Part shown: positions 37,584 to 46,799 of the stretch, piece after piece
Position numbering within the stretch: position 1 is the first letter of the stretch
Layout: every line of letters begins with the position of its first letter
Assembly: GCA_041640595.1 (NCBI GenBank)
Contig: JBEPZY010000008.1
Coordinates: 66,566-130,565, forward strand
Length of the DNA stretch: 64,000 nt
Direction: 5' to 3'
From: Gemmatales bacterium
GTDB taxonomy: Bacteria; Planctomycetota; Planctomycetia; Gemmatales; HRBIN36
Program-made: the position numbers and the translations under genes
Notes under the pieces: model-generated
Database searches by the model: none
The model's input: only the letters and a program-made list of their open reading frames with translations
What the model was told of the DNA's origin: nothing

Positions 37584-39731
37584 CTGTTCCGAAGGGAGAC
37601 AGAGCAACCGCAGCAGGGCTTCGCAATGAGTTTGCAAGAAGTCGGCCAGATTGGGCAGCGGCGTTTCCTCGGGCAGAGTCTCGGTGAGAGCGGCGAACCA
37701 GCGCGGGAAGGCGTACAATTGGGCCAGGTCTTCAGCGCCCAGCGGCTCCAATCGCAAACGTTTGCCGCGAGACTGTGCTTCTTCCCACAGGGATTTGCTT
37801 TTGCCCGTCAGGTGCACGTCTTCCGCCGGGCGAAGCAGGACGAGCACATCCATAGCCGGCGGTTCCAAATCTAAAGCGGCGAGTTTGACCTGTAAATCGC
37901 GGAGTTTGCCGGGACCTCGCCCCAAAAACAATCCCACACCGAGCCGCCAGGGCTGACCGTCGCGGCAAGCCCAGTGGGCCAGCGTGAGCACACCGTAGGT
38001 TGGATGATTGCCGAAAGTCCATTCCGGTACCACATGCTGCAACCGCCACGCGCCCACTTTCACGCCGTGCTCCTGACACGCTTGCAAAAACGCACCCAGT
38101 CCGGCCTGCAATTCGCGAGTGGCACCAGTGATGGCACCCTCGGGAGCCAGTCGGATCCGGGCATCGGCTAATGCTTGCTCCCATAGTTTTTCCAGCAATG
38201 CCGCGAGGGAATCGCCCCCCTTGCTGCATTTGCTCCCGTCGGAAGTGTCGGAATGCTGCGGCGATTTTGTTTCCACAGCCTTGAGCACGGTAACTTGTTT
38301 GACCTCCGGTGGAATCGGTTCCGGTGGCGGAACTTCGACGTAGCCGACGTTTCCGGCAGCCCCATCCGCGACTGGCTCGGTTTCCTCGCTGGTTTCCTGC
38401 CCGTACACCAGACGGTCGAACAATCGGCGAAACTGTTGCAGCATGTCGCGCAATGTCGGTTCGGTGCGGGCAATTCGCAACACCTGTTCTTCATTGAACG
38501 GGAAAATCGGTGAAATTTCCGAGCCGAACTGTTCCAAAACTGGCCGCAAGCGCACCACCACCACCTTGCGAACCAGATCGGGCGTCGGTGGATCCAGCCG
38601 CACCGCTGCAACGCTTCCATAACCGGGCAGGTGAAGCGGATGATTGAGGCGATCCTGAATGTACCCGTCCAGGCTCGGCACGAAACGGTTCCAGAGTCCA
38701 CGTTCGGCAAAAATCAAAAAGCAGATGCCATCCACCTGATGCAGCACCTGCACCAGCCCTGCGAAGAAAGACTCGCTCACTTTGTGGCCATCTTCAGTAC
38801 GCCGAACCAGCAGCAGGTCCTCAAGCTGGTCGAAGGCGACCACTACCGGAATCCGCAACGTCAAGCAGATGTCCATAACTGCCCGCAACTGAGCCAGCAC
38901 CAGTTCCTGTCGGCTCGGTTGCACCTGGAAATCCAGTTCGGTGAAGCCGGTGGTCAGGAAATGTGCCAGGTCGTCCTCCTGTCCCAGGAGAATGGCCCGG
39001 GCAAAACCCTGATAAATACGGCGACGCATTTGCCCGGCCACACTGTGAACTTCGTTGCGATCCACAAACTGGCACACCTGTTCGTACACCAAACGCGGGT
39101 CCATCTGCACCTGCAACAGTGCCTGGCGAACCGGCAAAGTGCTGGAACGACCGAGCAGCTGGATCAACCATTGACAACGCTCCTCAGCCTGGGCCTGGCC
39201 CAGCCCTAACCGTCGCGCCCAGCGGGTCAAGGGCGGGGCTGGGAAAAGCTCCAGCCGAGCCGGGGCGTCGAGGGTTTGCAACCAGTTGCGCACCAGGCGT
39301 CGGGTCAGTTCCTCGCCGATATACACCAGCGGACGCACACCACCCTGGCAGGCACCGCTCAGCAAGGTGTCAATCAACTGAAAGAGCAGATATTCGAGAA
39401 AATCGCAACCTTTCTGATAGGTGCTGGGAGTTACCAGCAGCTGGCGACCCCGACCTGGACCGTGTTTGATGGAATGCAACAGATGGGTTTTCCCCGAACC
39501 TTTGTTGCCGAGGATGGGCAAAACTTCCGAATGGCGTCGTCCATCCTGGCGATACAATTCCACCGCGGCCAGAACCATCTCCCGTTCGCGGGCATACAGC
39601 TCCGGAACATGGTAACGGGCACAGAGTTCATCATCGGGATGGCGAGCAAAATAATTGCGAAACGGATTACCGTGTCGCCGCAGGGCTTCCAATGCCCGTT
39701 CGTGCACGTGAGTAGTAAGTGTGGCAGTCAT
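37581..39731 (-). CDS. P-loop NTPase (ORC/AAA_16/STAND-like) with large uncharacterised C-terminal region
   Basis: 716 aa. Walker A GNKGSGKT (39486-39509). Walker B-like VVVAFDQLED (38817-38846), about 220 aa downstream, implying a long helical insertion. No recognisable effector domain. Confidence 0.85.
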   Translation of the reverse strand: MTATLTTHVHERALEALRRHGNPFRNYFARHPDDELCARYHVPELYAREREMVLAAVELYRQDGRRHSEVLPILGNKGSGKTHLLHSIKHGPGRGRQLLVTPSTYQKGCDFLEYLLFQLIDTLLSGACQGGVRPLVYIGEELTRRLVRNWLQTLDAPARLELFPAPPLTRWARRLGLGQAQAEERCQWLIQLLGRSSTLPVRQALLQVQMDPRLVYEQVCQFVDRNEVHSVAGQMRRRIYQGFARAILLGQEDDLAHFLTTGFTELDFQVQPSRQELVLAQLRAVMDICLTLRIPVVVAFDQLEDLLLVRRTEDGHKVSESFFAGLVQVLHQVDGICFLIFAERGLWNRFVPSLDGYIQDRLNHPLHLPGYGSVAAVRLDPPTPDLVRKVVVVRLRPVLEQFGSEISPIFPFNEEQVLRIARTEPTLRDMLQQFRRLFDRLVYGQETSEETEPVADGAAGNVGYVEVPPPEPIPPEVKQVTVLKAVETKSPQHSDTSDGSKCSKGGDSLAALLEKLWEQALADARIRLAPEGAITGATRELQAGLGAFLQACQEHGVKVGAWRLQHVVPEWTFGNHPTYGVLTLAHWACRDGQPWRLGVGLFLGRGPGKLRDLQVKLAALDLEPPAMDVLVLLRPAEDVHLTGKSKSLWEEAQSRGKRLRLEPLGAEDLAQLYAFPRWFAALTETLPEETPLPNLADFLQTHCEALLRLLCLPSEQ

Positions 39732-39813
39732 GGCCTGCTCCTTGGCCTGGTCTGGCGGTCAGTTTTCATCGCCCTGGATTTGCTGCGTGCGGTTCCCACC
39801 GCTTTTGCGCCTT

Positions 39814-40623
39814 TCATAAACAGCCGTTGCCCGCAGGTGCGTTGTTCCCAGATGCCCGCAGGCTGACGTAATATGCGATGGCGTGGCCGACCAGCATGGC
39901 GAGTTCCGGTTCGGGAATTTCGTAAATCGGCCCTGCCCAGGGATGCAACACGATCTGCCCCTGCGCATACCATTGCCGCAACGCCTCCTGAAATTGTCCG
40001 ACACTCAGTTGCGGATGCTGCTGCCGCAGCTGGCGGAACAATTCCGGCAATGGGCAGTCTTCCTGGGGATGCGTCTCCTGCCAGCGGCGGAGGAAGGGCC
40101 AGGCAGTAGCTTTCAAAATGGCCGGATTGCCTGCCGCCCAGCCCTGTCGTGCCGAGGTTTTGAGTTCCTCGATCACACCGGCTACCCATTGCCGCAGTTG
40201 ATCCAGTTCCTCGCGGCAACGCTCCAGCATTTCGCCCCAGGTCTGCCATTGCTGCTGGCATTGAACAATCCGCTGCTGGAGTGCTTCCAGCGCGGTGGCT
40301 GGGTCGGTTTTGTGCAACAGCCACTGAAGCCCGGCTTCGGTCAGCGTGTACAGTGCGGTTACAGTTTTGCCTGCGGGTCGGCTGGCCACGCACTCCAACC
40401 AGCCCCGTCGCTGACACAGTTCGGCGGCCTGCTGACCCAACCGGGTTCGCGGAAATAAACCGGGATTGCGACCAGAGGCGATCAGCGGTAAGGGTTCCGG
40501 CGAGGATAACGCCTTTTTCAAAGCCGCGAGCACCAGCGATTCCACAGCGGCAGACGTATTGCCAGAATTATCGCTGACGGTAGAGCAAGCTCTTTGGGTT
40601 TCAAGAAGGGCCGACGTTTCCAT
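39814..40623 (-). CDS. hypothetical protein, putative double winged-helix with central coiled coil
   Basis: ATG at 40623 with GGAGGAA 8 nt upstream (the track starts at GTG 40629). wHTH-like segments QAAELCQRRGWLECVASRPAGKTVTALYTLTEAGLQWL and LSVGQFQEALRQWYAQGQIVLHPW. Lies 82 nt upstream of the NTPase on the same strand. Confidence 0.7.
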   Translation of the reverse strand: METSALLETQRACSTVSDNSGNTSAAVESLVLAALKKALSSPEPLPLIASGRNPGLFPRTRLGQQAAELCQRRGWLECVASRPAGKTVTALYTLTEAGLQWLLHKTDPATALEALQQRIVQCQQQWQTWGEMLERCREELDQLRQWVAGVIEELKTSARQGWAAGNPAILKATAWPFLRRWQETHPQEDCPLPELFRQLRQQHPQLSVGQFQEALRQWYAQGQIVLHPWAGPIYEIPEPELAMLVGHAIAYYVSLRASGNNAPAGNGCL

Positions 40624-40810
40624 GAACACTTCCTCCGATATTTTGCCGCAGTCGCGGCATTATGCCGCAATCCTGCCGCCGTGCAAGCCCAAATGATGGA
40701 CCGACAACGCAGGAAAAGCGGCGATGGTTCGCGTCCAGGGGAAGGTAGCTGAAAACAAACTCGTCTGGTTCACGATCAGGGCGGTTCCATTGCTCGGGCC
40801 AGCCATTGCG

Positions 40811-40834
40811 GTGCAACGATCGCGTTTTGCCAAC
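40811..40834 (+). promoter_or_regulatory. solitary copy of the GTGCA...CGTTTTGCCAAC motif upstream of the wHTH/NTPase operon
   Basis: GTGCAACGATCGCGTTTTGCCAAC. The 12-mer CGTTTTGCCAAC is identical to 29446-29457 (copy 4 of the array upstream of the giant gene). Lies about 190-210 bp upstream of the ATG at 40623, on the opposite strand. Confidence 0.4.
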
Positions 40835-40848
40835 CGCGCATTATTCCG

Positions 40849-41406
40849 TTATCGGGGCCAGTAGCGCACTCGCCCCAGGGCATCAAAAACTTCCGCGCTC
40901 ATGAGTTTCCAGGTGCCATCCGGTGCCGGTTCAAAACGCATGCGAATCAATAGCGGGGCCGACTCCCCGACCTGGCCTTCGTAACTGCCGGTGAAGGAAA
41001 TGTTCAGTTCTGCAATGAATGCCGTGCCATCGCCAGAGCGCTCGACTGTGAGTTTCCCGGAGCGAATCCGCGCGACATGGGGCAGCGTTCGCCGCAACTC
41101 CTGCTCCAGAGTGGCTCGATCTATTGAACCGGAACGGAATTTGTCGGCCACGTGGTGCAAGATACCATCGGCATCCTGCTTTTCCGCCGCGGCAACCATC
41201 GCCTGCACAGCCAGGATCACGCGCTCGCGGTCGGTGACTACCAGGTAATCGGCCAGCGCGATCAGAGCCATCACCAGCGCGGCACCGATCACACCGAGCA
41301 GGTAAACGGCACGCTGAGTGTACACCGTCACCAGCAAAAACAGCACGCCGGCACCCGCAACGATCCAGTAAGCTGAACTCGGCTCGTCAATCAGCCAGTC
41401 CCACAT
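40849..41406 (-). CDS. membrane-anchored hypothetical protein (NTF2/SnoaL-like C-terminal domain suspected)
   Basis: 185 aa with two N-terminal TM helices followed by a soluble domain. Family not recognised. Confidence 0.6.
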   Translation of the reverse strand: MWDWLIDEPSSAYWIVAGAGVLFLLVTVYTQRAVYLLGVIGAALVMALIALADYLVVTDRERVILAVQAMVAAAEKQDADGILHHVADKFRSGSIDRATLEQELRRTLPHVARIRSGKLTVERSGDGTAFIAELNISFTGSYEGQVGESAPLLIRMRFEPAPDGTWKLMSAEVFDALGRVRYWPR

Positions 41407-41493
41407 GGTTCGACCCCGAGCAAATCAGCCAAGTTGCCTGCTGGCTTAGAGCATCGCCTGAAGGATTCTGTGTCGGATCGCCTGAGAGATCAG

Positions 41494-43578
41494 CTAAGCC
41501 GGTTGGTTGCTCTCAGCCGGATGAGCATCGAGCCAGGCACGAATCGCCTCCTGTCCGATCAGCGGTTGCTGACACGTTCCCTGCTCGCACAAGTAAATGG
41601 CGGGAGTCGGTGATAGCTTGTCGGCCAGTAGTGCAAACGGAGCGTAGCCGTGTGCCGGAAGAGTCGGATCGAGCCACGCCACGATGCGTCGCGGTTCAAA
41701 AGTTTGCCACAACGAAGCCCAGGCCTGCTGCAACACTGGCTCGGTCACGGGGCCCGACAGGACAATTTCGCGCACTGGTCCGATGGCGAAATCCACGCCG
41801 CATAGGAAGTGCCCGAACGCCGTCGGCAGGCGTTCGGCCAGTGGTGTCAGCCAGCGGAAAATGGCGTCGGCACAGTCACGGAAATCGGCTTGGCCTGTGA
41901 AATGCCATAAGCGCAGGAGCATCCAGGCAGCGGCACTGTTGCCCGAAGGAGTCGAACCGTCCTGGGCATCTTTCTGCCGAACCAGGAGCGGTTCATGGGC
42001 CAGTTGGGCGTAGAACAAGCCTCCGCCTTCCGGATCACGAAAACGTGCCATCATCTGCTCGGCCAGCACCACCGTATTTTCCAGCCAGTGTATTTCACCT
42101 GTGCATTCGTAAAGCGACAGCAGGGCATCTGCGAACAAGGCGTAGTCGTCCAGGAAGGCGGGAATTTCCGGTAAACGATCCGGCAAACACGCGTGGAAAA
42201 GTTCGCCCGACCTCGGCTGCAAATGGGCGAGAATCCAGTTCGCGGCCCGACACGCCAGCTCGAGATAATGTGGATCAAAGACGCGGCCAGCCAGCGCCAG
42301 TGCCTGAATCGTCAGGGCGTTCCAGGCCGTGAGGATTTTTTCGTCGCGCGACGGTGCAATGCGTTGCTGTCGGGCTGCCAGTAATCGGCCCCGCGCTTCC
42401 TCCAGCCGGGCGAGCAACTCCTGCTCGGACATCTTGAGCAAGCGTGCGCAGACCGGCAGCGGTTTCGCCTGAGCCAAGACCTGTTTTCCTTCCCAGTTGC
42501 CAGTCTCGGTAACATCGTAAACGTAGGCGACAATATCATACAGTTCGGGTGGCAAAATCGCCCGCAGCTCCGTTGCCGTCCAGACATAATACTTGCCTTC
42601 TTCACCTTCGCTGTCGGCGTCGAGACTGCTGAAAAACGGGCCGTCCGGAGCCATCATCTCGCGTTCCAGCCACGTCAACGTTTGCTCCACAACCTGGCGA
42701 TAACGAGCCACACCGCTCACCAGCCAGGCTTCGGTATAAGCCAGGCTCAAAAGGGCGTTGTCGTACAACATTTTCTCGAAATGCGGTACCAACCAGCGCT
42801 CATCGGTGCTGTAACGGTGAAAACCGCCGCCCACGTGATCGTAAATGCCACCGCTGGCCATGCCATCCAGGGTAAGCTTCACCATTTCCAAAATGTCTGC
42901 CTGCCGAAAGCGGTGAAAGGCACGCAACAAGGCACGCAGTTCCATAGCATGAGGAAATTTAGGAGCGCCGGCTAACCCGCCGTAAACGCGATCCAGATTC
43001 TGCTGCCATACCTCGACTAAGTGCCGCAACAATTCTTCGGAAGGCTCACTTTCTGGCAGGGATAGATGCAGGGTTTTTTGCAAATGTGCAGCAACTTCGT
43101 CGGCGGTCTGAAGGACATCGGCACGGCGTAATTGCCAGGCCTGGGCTAGTGCGACGATCACATCGCGGAATCCCGGTCGCCCCCAGCGCCGCTCCGGTGG
43201 GAAATAGGTGCCGGCATAAAATGGCTTCAGGTCGGGCGTCAGGAAGACCGACATCGGCCAGCCTCCCTGTCCGGTCATGGCTACGACCGCCTGCATGTAC
43301 AACTGATCCAAATCCGGCCGCTCTTCGCGATCCACCTTGATGTTCACGAAATGCTCATTGAGTAAGCGTGCAATCTCAGGGTTTTCAAAACTTTCCCGTT
43401 CCATGACATGGCACCAGTGGCAGGCCGCATAACCGATACTCAGGAAGATAGGCTTGTTCTCCTGCCGTGCCCGTTGCAGTGCCTCATCCGACCACGGATA
43501 CCAGTCCACCGGATTATCGGCGTGTTGCCGCAGGTATGGACTTGCCGAGTCCGCCAGCCGATTCTTTTTGCCCGTCAT
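41494..43578 (-). CDS. thioredoxin-domain protein, DUF255 / YyaL family
   Basis: NRLADSASPYLRQHADNPVDWYPWSDEALQRARQENKPIFLSIGYAACHWCHVME, followed by a six-hairpin glycosidase-like C-terminal region. 694 aa. Confidence 0.93.
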   Translation of the reverse strand: MTGKKNRLADSASPYLRQHADNPVDWYPWSDEALQRARQENKPIFLSIGYAACHWCHVMERESFENPEIARLLNEHFVNIKVDREERPDLDQLYMQAVVAMTGQGGWPMSVFLTPDLKPFYAGTYFPPERRWGRPGFRDVIVALAQAWQLRRADVLQTADEVAAHLQKTLHLSLPESEPSEELLRHLVEVWQQNLDRVYGGLAGAPKFPHAMELRALLRAFHRFRQADILEMVKLTLDGMASGGIYDHVGGGFHRYSTDERWLVPHFEKMLYDNALLSLAYTEAWLVSGVARYRQVVEQTLTWLEREMMAPDGPFFSSLDADSEGEEGKYYVWTATELRAILPPELYDIVAYVYDVTETGNWEGKQVLAQAKPLPVCARLLKMSEQELLARLEEARGRLLAARQQRIAPSRDEKILTAWNALTIQALALAGRVFDPHYLELACRAANWILAHLQPRSGELFHACLPDRLPEIPAFLDDYALFADALLSLYECTGEIHWLENTVVLAEQMMARFRDPEGGGLFYAQLAHEPLLVRQKDAQDGSTPSGNSAAAWMLLRLWHFTGQADFRDCADAIFRWLTPLAERLPTAFGHFLCGVDFAIGPVREIVLSGPVTEPVLQQAWASLWQTFEPRRIVAWLDPTLPAHGYAPFALLADKLSPTPAIYLCEQGTCQQPLIGQEAIRAWLDAHPAESNQPA

Positions 43579-43916
43579 TGGCTTCTCCCGGAAGGGTGCA
43601 GGATTTTGCCGGTCTGAAAAACCGCCGATCTGCTCCCGCGTACTCGCTCACCTTGCCAACATGAAGAAGGGCAGCTTTATCGGCGTTCGGCCCCACTCAG
43701 TGGCAGTATAGGCGGTCAACGTGTCCCAGCCAAATCTGCAACATTTCTGGCTCCCCAGCCACTACGGTCTCGATGTTCGAATCCGGAACAGTGCGGCGCC
43801 CAACCAGGCTGTCCGTGGCGGATAAGCGGGAAGCCGCACAGCTGCTGTGGGCTTCAATTCCCCAGCGCCAAGCATCCCCGTCACCGGGGCCTAAACTCCG
43901 CTGGCCAAGGCTTCCA

Positions 43917-44915
43917 TCAGTCGGCGAGCCAGTAAAGCATGATCGGTTGCGGTCGCCCAATGACTCCTACTTGCGTGAAACCGTAGCGCTGGATAATGGC
44001 GATTGCCTGTTCGGCGTCTTCAGCACGACGAAAGCGGAAATAGCGATAACGCCCGTCAGTGATCCAGTAATCATGCCCCAGAGCGATTACGCGCAGTTGT
44101 TGCGGGGCAAACGTGATTGTTTGTTGACCGGGCATACGTCCACGCGGAGCCTGCCCGAACGACAGCCAGAACTCGATCCCCGTGTCCTTCTCTCCAACAG
44201 TTATGCGTTCGTTCAGCCGGTAATAACGGATAACGTGCAGAGCGAACATGGCCTCGGTTTCCTGGTAGCCAAAATCCTTGAGGACTTCCTGCCCGGCGAG
44301 CAATTGCCAGCGCCCCTTTTCCTGGCGTAATTGAACTTGCATCGGGTCGAATTGTTGTCGGCGTAAGCTGGAGCGCGAGTCCGGGTTGGAAGGTTTGTCG
44401 GGGGATGAGGCTGGCGGTCGAAGTTGTGGTCCAGCAGGTGGCACATGGATTCGATCAGAACCCGGCGCAGCAATGTTTGGTGGGAGCCAGGGAGAAGTGG
44501 ACCCCGCTGGCGAACCGGTCTGGCCTGGATGCAGCGCTGAGCCGGGCGCGGACGGAACAGACTGCACTGGCGATCGGGGCATGAAATACGGACTGCCACG
44601 AAATGAATCGGTATTCCCGCTCGGCGCTACGCCCGGCAAAACGGGGGAAAGGACTCCCGGCATCGGCCAGAGCATCGGACGCACACCGGGATAGACGTAA
44701 CCGTTCCACCCATTCGCAGCGGCAGGCGAAAGCGATGCGGGGACGTCCTGCGTACCAGAAGTGCTCCCGGCCACCGGGGTGGAAGCTGGACGGGAAACAT
44801 CACGGCCGGCAGCGGGCGAGGGTGATTGCGGAACGTTCGGCATCATTGGAATTTGCCCCGCGGCCCAGCATGGCCATAGCAGCAAACCGACAACCATGGT
44901 GCAAGCTCTCGCCAT
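43917..44915 (-). CDS. exported Pro/Ser-rich protein with conserved-looking C-terminal domain
   Basis: Start trimmed to MARACTMVVGLLLWPCWAAGQ (signal-like). The globular C-terminus runs QLRQEKGRWQLLAGQEVLKDFGYQETEAMFALHVIRYY...AIAIIQRYGF. The track ORF extends to 45218 across a terminator and repeats. Confidence 0.6.
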   Translation of the reverse strand: MARACTMVVGLLLWPCWAAGQIPMMPNVPQSPSPAAGRDVSRPASTPVAGSTSGTQDVPASLSPAAANGWNGYVYPGVRPMLWPMPGVLSPVLPGVAPSGNTDSFRGSPYFMPRSPVQSVPSAPGSALHPGQTGSPAGSTSPWLPPNIAAPGSDRIHVPPAGPQLRPPASSPDKPSNPDSRSSLRRQQFDPMQVQLRQEKGRWQLLAGQEVLKDFGYQETEAMFALHVIRYYRLNERITVGEKDTGIEFWLSFGQAPRGRMPGQQTITFAPQQLRVIALGHDYWITDGRYRYFRFRRAEDAEQAIAIIQRYGFTQVGVIGRPQPIMLYWLAD

Positions 44916-44964
44916 TACGGCAAGCCAGGCCGCACCATTTCGCCCGCCAGCTGCACATCGGGTT

Positions 44965-45060
44965 TCGGATTTGCACAATCGAACAGGCGAAAGGAGGTCG
45001 TTGGCGGGAGAAAGTTGACCAATACGGGCCTCGGATTTGAACAACCGAACAGGTGAAGCC
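44965..45060. repeat. intergenic direct-repeat pair, 66-bp period
   Basis: TCGGATTTGCACAATCGAACAGGCGAAAGG at 44965 and TCGGATTTGAACAACCGAACAGGTGAAGCC at 45031. A weak third copy starts at 45091. Confidence 0.8.
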
Positions 45061-45210
45061 ACGCACAAGTGCCTCTTGTTTGCTCGCGGCTCGGATTCGG
45101 GTATTTCCGCACACTTCACATCCGGCAACCCAGTCGCGGCCATAGATTCGCCTCCATGCCCAGCTATCAAAGGCCAGCGGGTAGAACAAATTACTGCAAC
45201 CCAGTCAAGG

Positions 45211-45249
45211 CCAAACAAAATCGGCTCCGAAGCCGATGCTCCGGAGCCG
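45211..45249 (-). terminator. rho-independent terminator candidate
   Basis: On the minus strand: CGGCTCCG-N12-CGGAGCCG (perfect 8-bp stem) followed by ATTTTGTTTGG. Lies 45 nt downstream of the stop of the 99-aa gene. Confidence 0.6.
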
Positions 45250-45293
45250 ACGGTCAGGCCAGTCTCAGTTGTGAACCGCGTTCCCGGCAGTCG

Positions 45294-45593
45294 TTATTTC
45301 CCCTCGGGCTTTTTAGCCGGCAGCAGTTTGATTTCGGTGATCTTGCCGCCGTCTATGGTCACGTCCACTTTGGTGCCTTCTTTGAAGCCTTTGAACTTGT
45401 CGGCCGGAATGACGTTACCTTTGGGGCTGAGAATCTTGACGTCAGCGACCTTGGCCGAGTACTCTTTGTCGCCGACTTTGACGACCACAGTCTGGGTGCC
45501 CTTGTCGTACTTTGCGACGACCCCTTCGGCGGCCAGGCAGACCGCGACCCCAAGCAGCAGGGCCACCGTTACAGCGAGCAGTTTGCGGAGCAT
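45294..45593 (-). CDS. small secreted Lys-rich protein
   Basis: 99 aa. AGGAGG upstream. Signal peptide MLRKLLAVTVALLLGVAVCLAAEG. Beta-rich, K-rich mature part. Confidence 0.7.
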   Translation of the reverse strand: MLRKLLAVTVALLLGVAVCLAAEGVVAKYDKGTQTVVVKVGDKEYSAKVADVKILSPKGNVIPADKFKGFKEGTKVDVTIDGGKITEIKLLPAKKPEGK

Positions 45594-45755
45594 GCTTCAA
45601 TCCTCCTATGCTGTGCAGGCCGTAGATGCGAAGGGTTCCGAACCCTCGTTCGGAATCCCGGGCACTCCGATAAGCCTCGTTTGATCGGAGCACCCATGTT
45701 TGTAACACCTATTATCGGAAAAAGTTTCGCCGCTGGCAACGCAGTGCCCAAAAAT

Positions 45756-46784
45756 TCAGAACAGACCGCTGCGTTCGTGAAAATGGGTAGGTTTGTCCCA
45801 AACCTCTCCGCCACGCATCAGCCAGTCAGCTATCCATTCCACGAGCAGAGCCAGGGGGACACGCGGATAGCCAAACAGGCGGTGGGCACGTGAGGCATTA
45901 CTCAGATAGGCGTCGCCAGCTTCGGTGCCGATAAAACGCGGAGTTTTGCCGAAACGCTGGCCGAATTGCTCCGCGGCCCAGCGTACGCTGACCGTTTCGG
46001 GCCCGGCCAGGTTCAGGACTAAAGGAGGACTGTCCGCATATTGCAGGGCCTGGATCGTCCAGGCATTCACGTCGCCCTGCCAGACGGCGTTGAAGCAGCC
46101 GGTGGCCAGCGGGATCGGTTGTTCGTGGTACACGGCTCGGGCAATATCCACCAGCACACCGTAACGCAATTCGTGGGCGTAATTGAGCCGGAGAATGACC
46201 GTCGGTGTCGAAAATTTGCGGCTGAAGAATTCCAGTAACCGCTCTCGGCCGATGCAGCTGGCAGCGTATTCGCCATCCGGTCGTAACGGGTCTGTCTCCC
46301 GACTTCCGCCACTGGTAACCGGCACCATCCCGTACACATTTCCCGTAGAAAACGCCACAATCCGGGACTGACGGTAGCGCTCCGCCACCAGGGCGGGCAG
46401 ATAGGCATTGATCGCCCAGGTGCGGGCTTCGTTGCCGGTTGTGCCGAATTTCGTGCCGACCAGGTAGAAGACAATCGCGGCATCCGGGAGTCTTTCCACA
46501 CTGGAACGGTCCAGGAGGTCGCAACGCAGAACTTCGATCCGGTCGCGGCTAAGAGATTCCGCAAGAGTCGGGTTAGCAAAACGGGAAACGGCAAAAATTC
46601 GCCGCGTGGCATCAGTAGCCCGGCGAAGCATCCGCGTCAGACTGGGTCCGATTTTACCGCCTGCTCCCAGCACCAGAATGTCGCCGGAAACGCGCTGCAA
46701 AGTCTCCACCACCGCCGGCGTCGGTTCGCTGAGTAGCTCCTCCAGGGTGGTCAGGTCGGGAATTCGCACGGGCAGAGCACTCAT
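45756..46784 (-). CDS. NAD-dependent epimerase/dehydratase family protein
   Basis: Rossmann motif ILVLGAGGKIGPSLTRML and SDR-extended architecture. Starts 16 nt after the PP2C gene stop. Confidence 0.85.
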   Translation of the reverse strand: MSALPVRIPDLTTLEELLSEPTPAVVETLQRVSGDILVLGAGGKIGPSLTRMLRRATDATRRIFAVSRFANPTLAESLSRDRIEVLRCDLLDRSSVERLPDAAIVFYLVGTKFGTTGNEARTWAINAYLPALVAERYRQSRIVAFSTGNVYGMVPVTSGGSRETDPLRPDGEYAASCIGRERLLEFFSRKFSTPTVILRLNYAHELRYGVLVDIARAVYHEQPIPLATGCFNAVWQGDVNAWTIQALQYADSPPLVLNLAGPETVSVRWAAEQFGQRFGKTPRFIGTEAGDAYLSNASRAHRLFGYPRVPLALLVEWIADWLMRGGEVWDKPTHFHERSGLF

Positions 46785-46799
46785 AGGCAGCGCGCTTGC

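Noticed and set aside
36977-37687. ORFs spanning the 147-bp repeats (36977-37510 minus, 49-aa repeat VAGNLAANGRWYPDDNTGSHHLH...; 37046-37687 plus)
   Set aside because: Both strands are open with similar third-position GC. The plus ORF overlaps the NTPase 3' end by about 100 nt. The minus ORF has no SD and a non-protein-like C-terminal half running into the 65-bp repeats. A coding role is not excluded, because the period is a multiple of 3, but it is unsupported.
43775-43784. tRNA-like T-loop string GTTCGAATCC
   Set aside because: The flanking bases do not form a T-stem (CGATG vs CCGGA). No acceptor, D or anticodon arms could be built. I found no tRNA anywhere in the window.
44961-44976. Sigma-54 promoter reading of the TTGCA cores (GG-N10-GC in GGGTTTCGGATTTGCA)
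   Set aside because: Only the -12 TTGCA element matches. The -24 element is GGGTTT rather than TGGCAC. The second copy has GA instead of GC, and the other repeat loci lack a correctly spaced GG.
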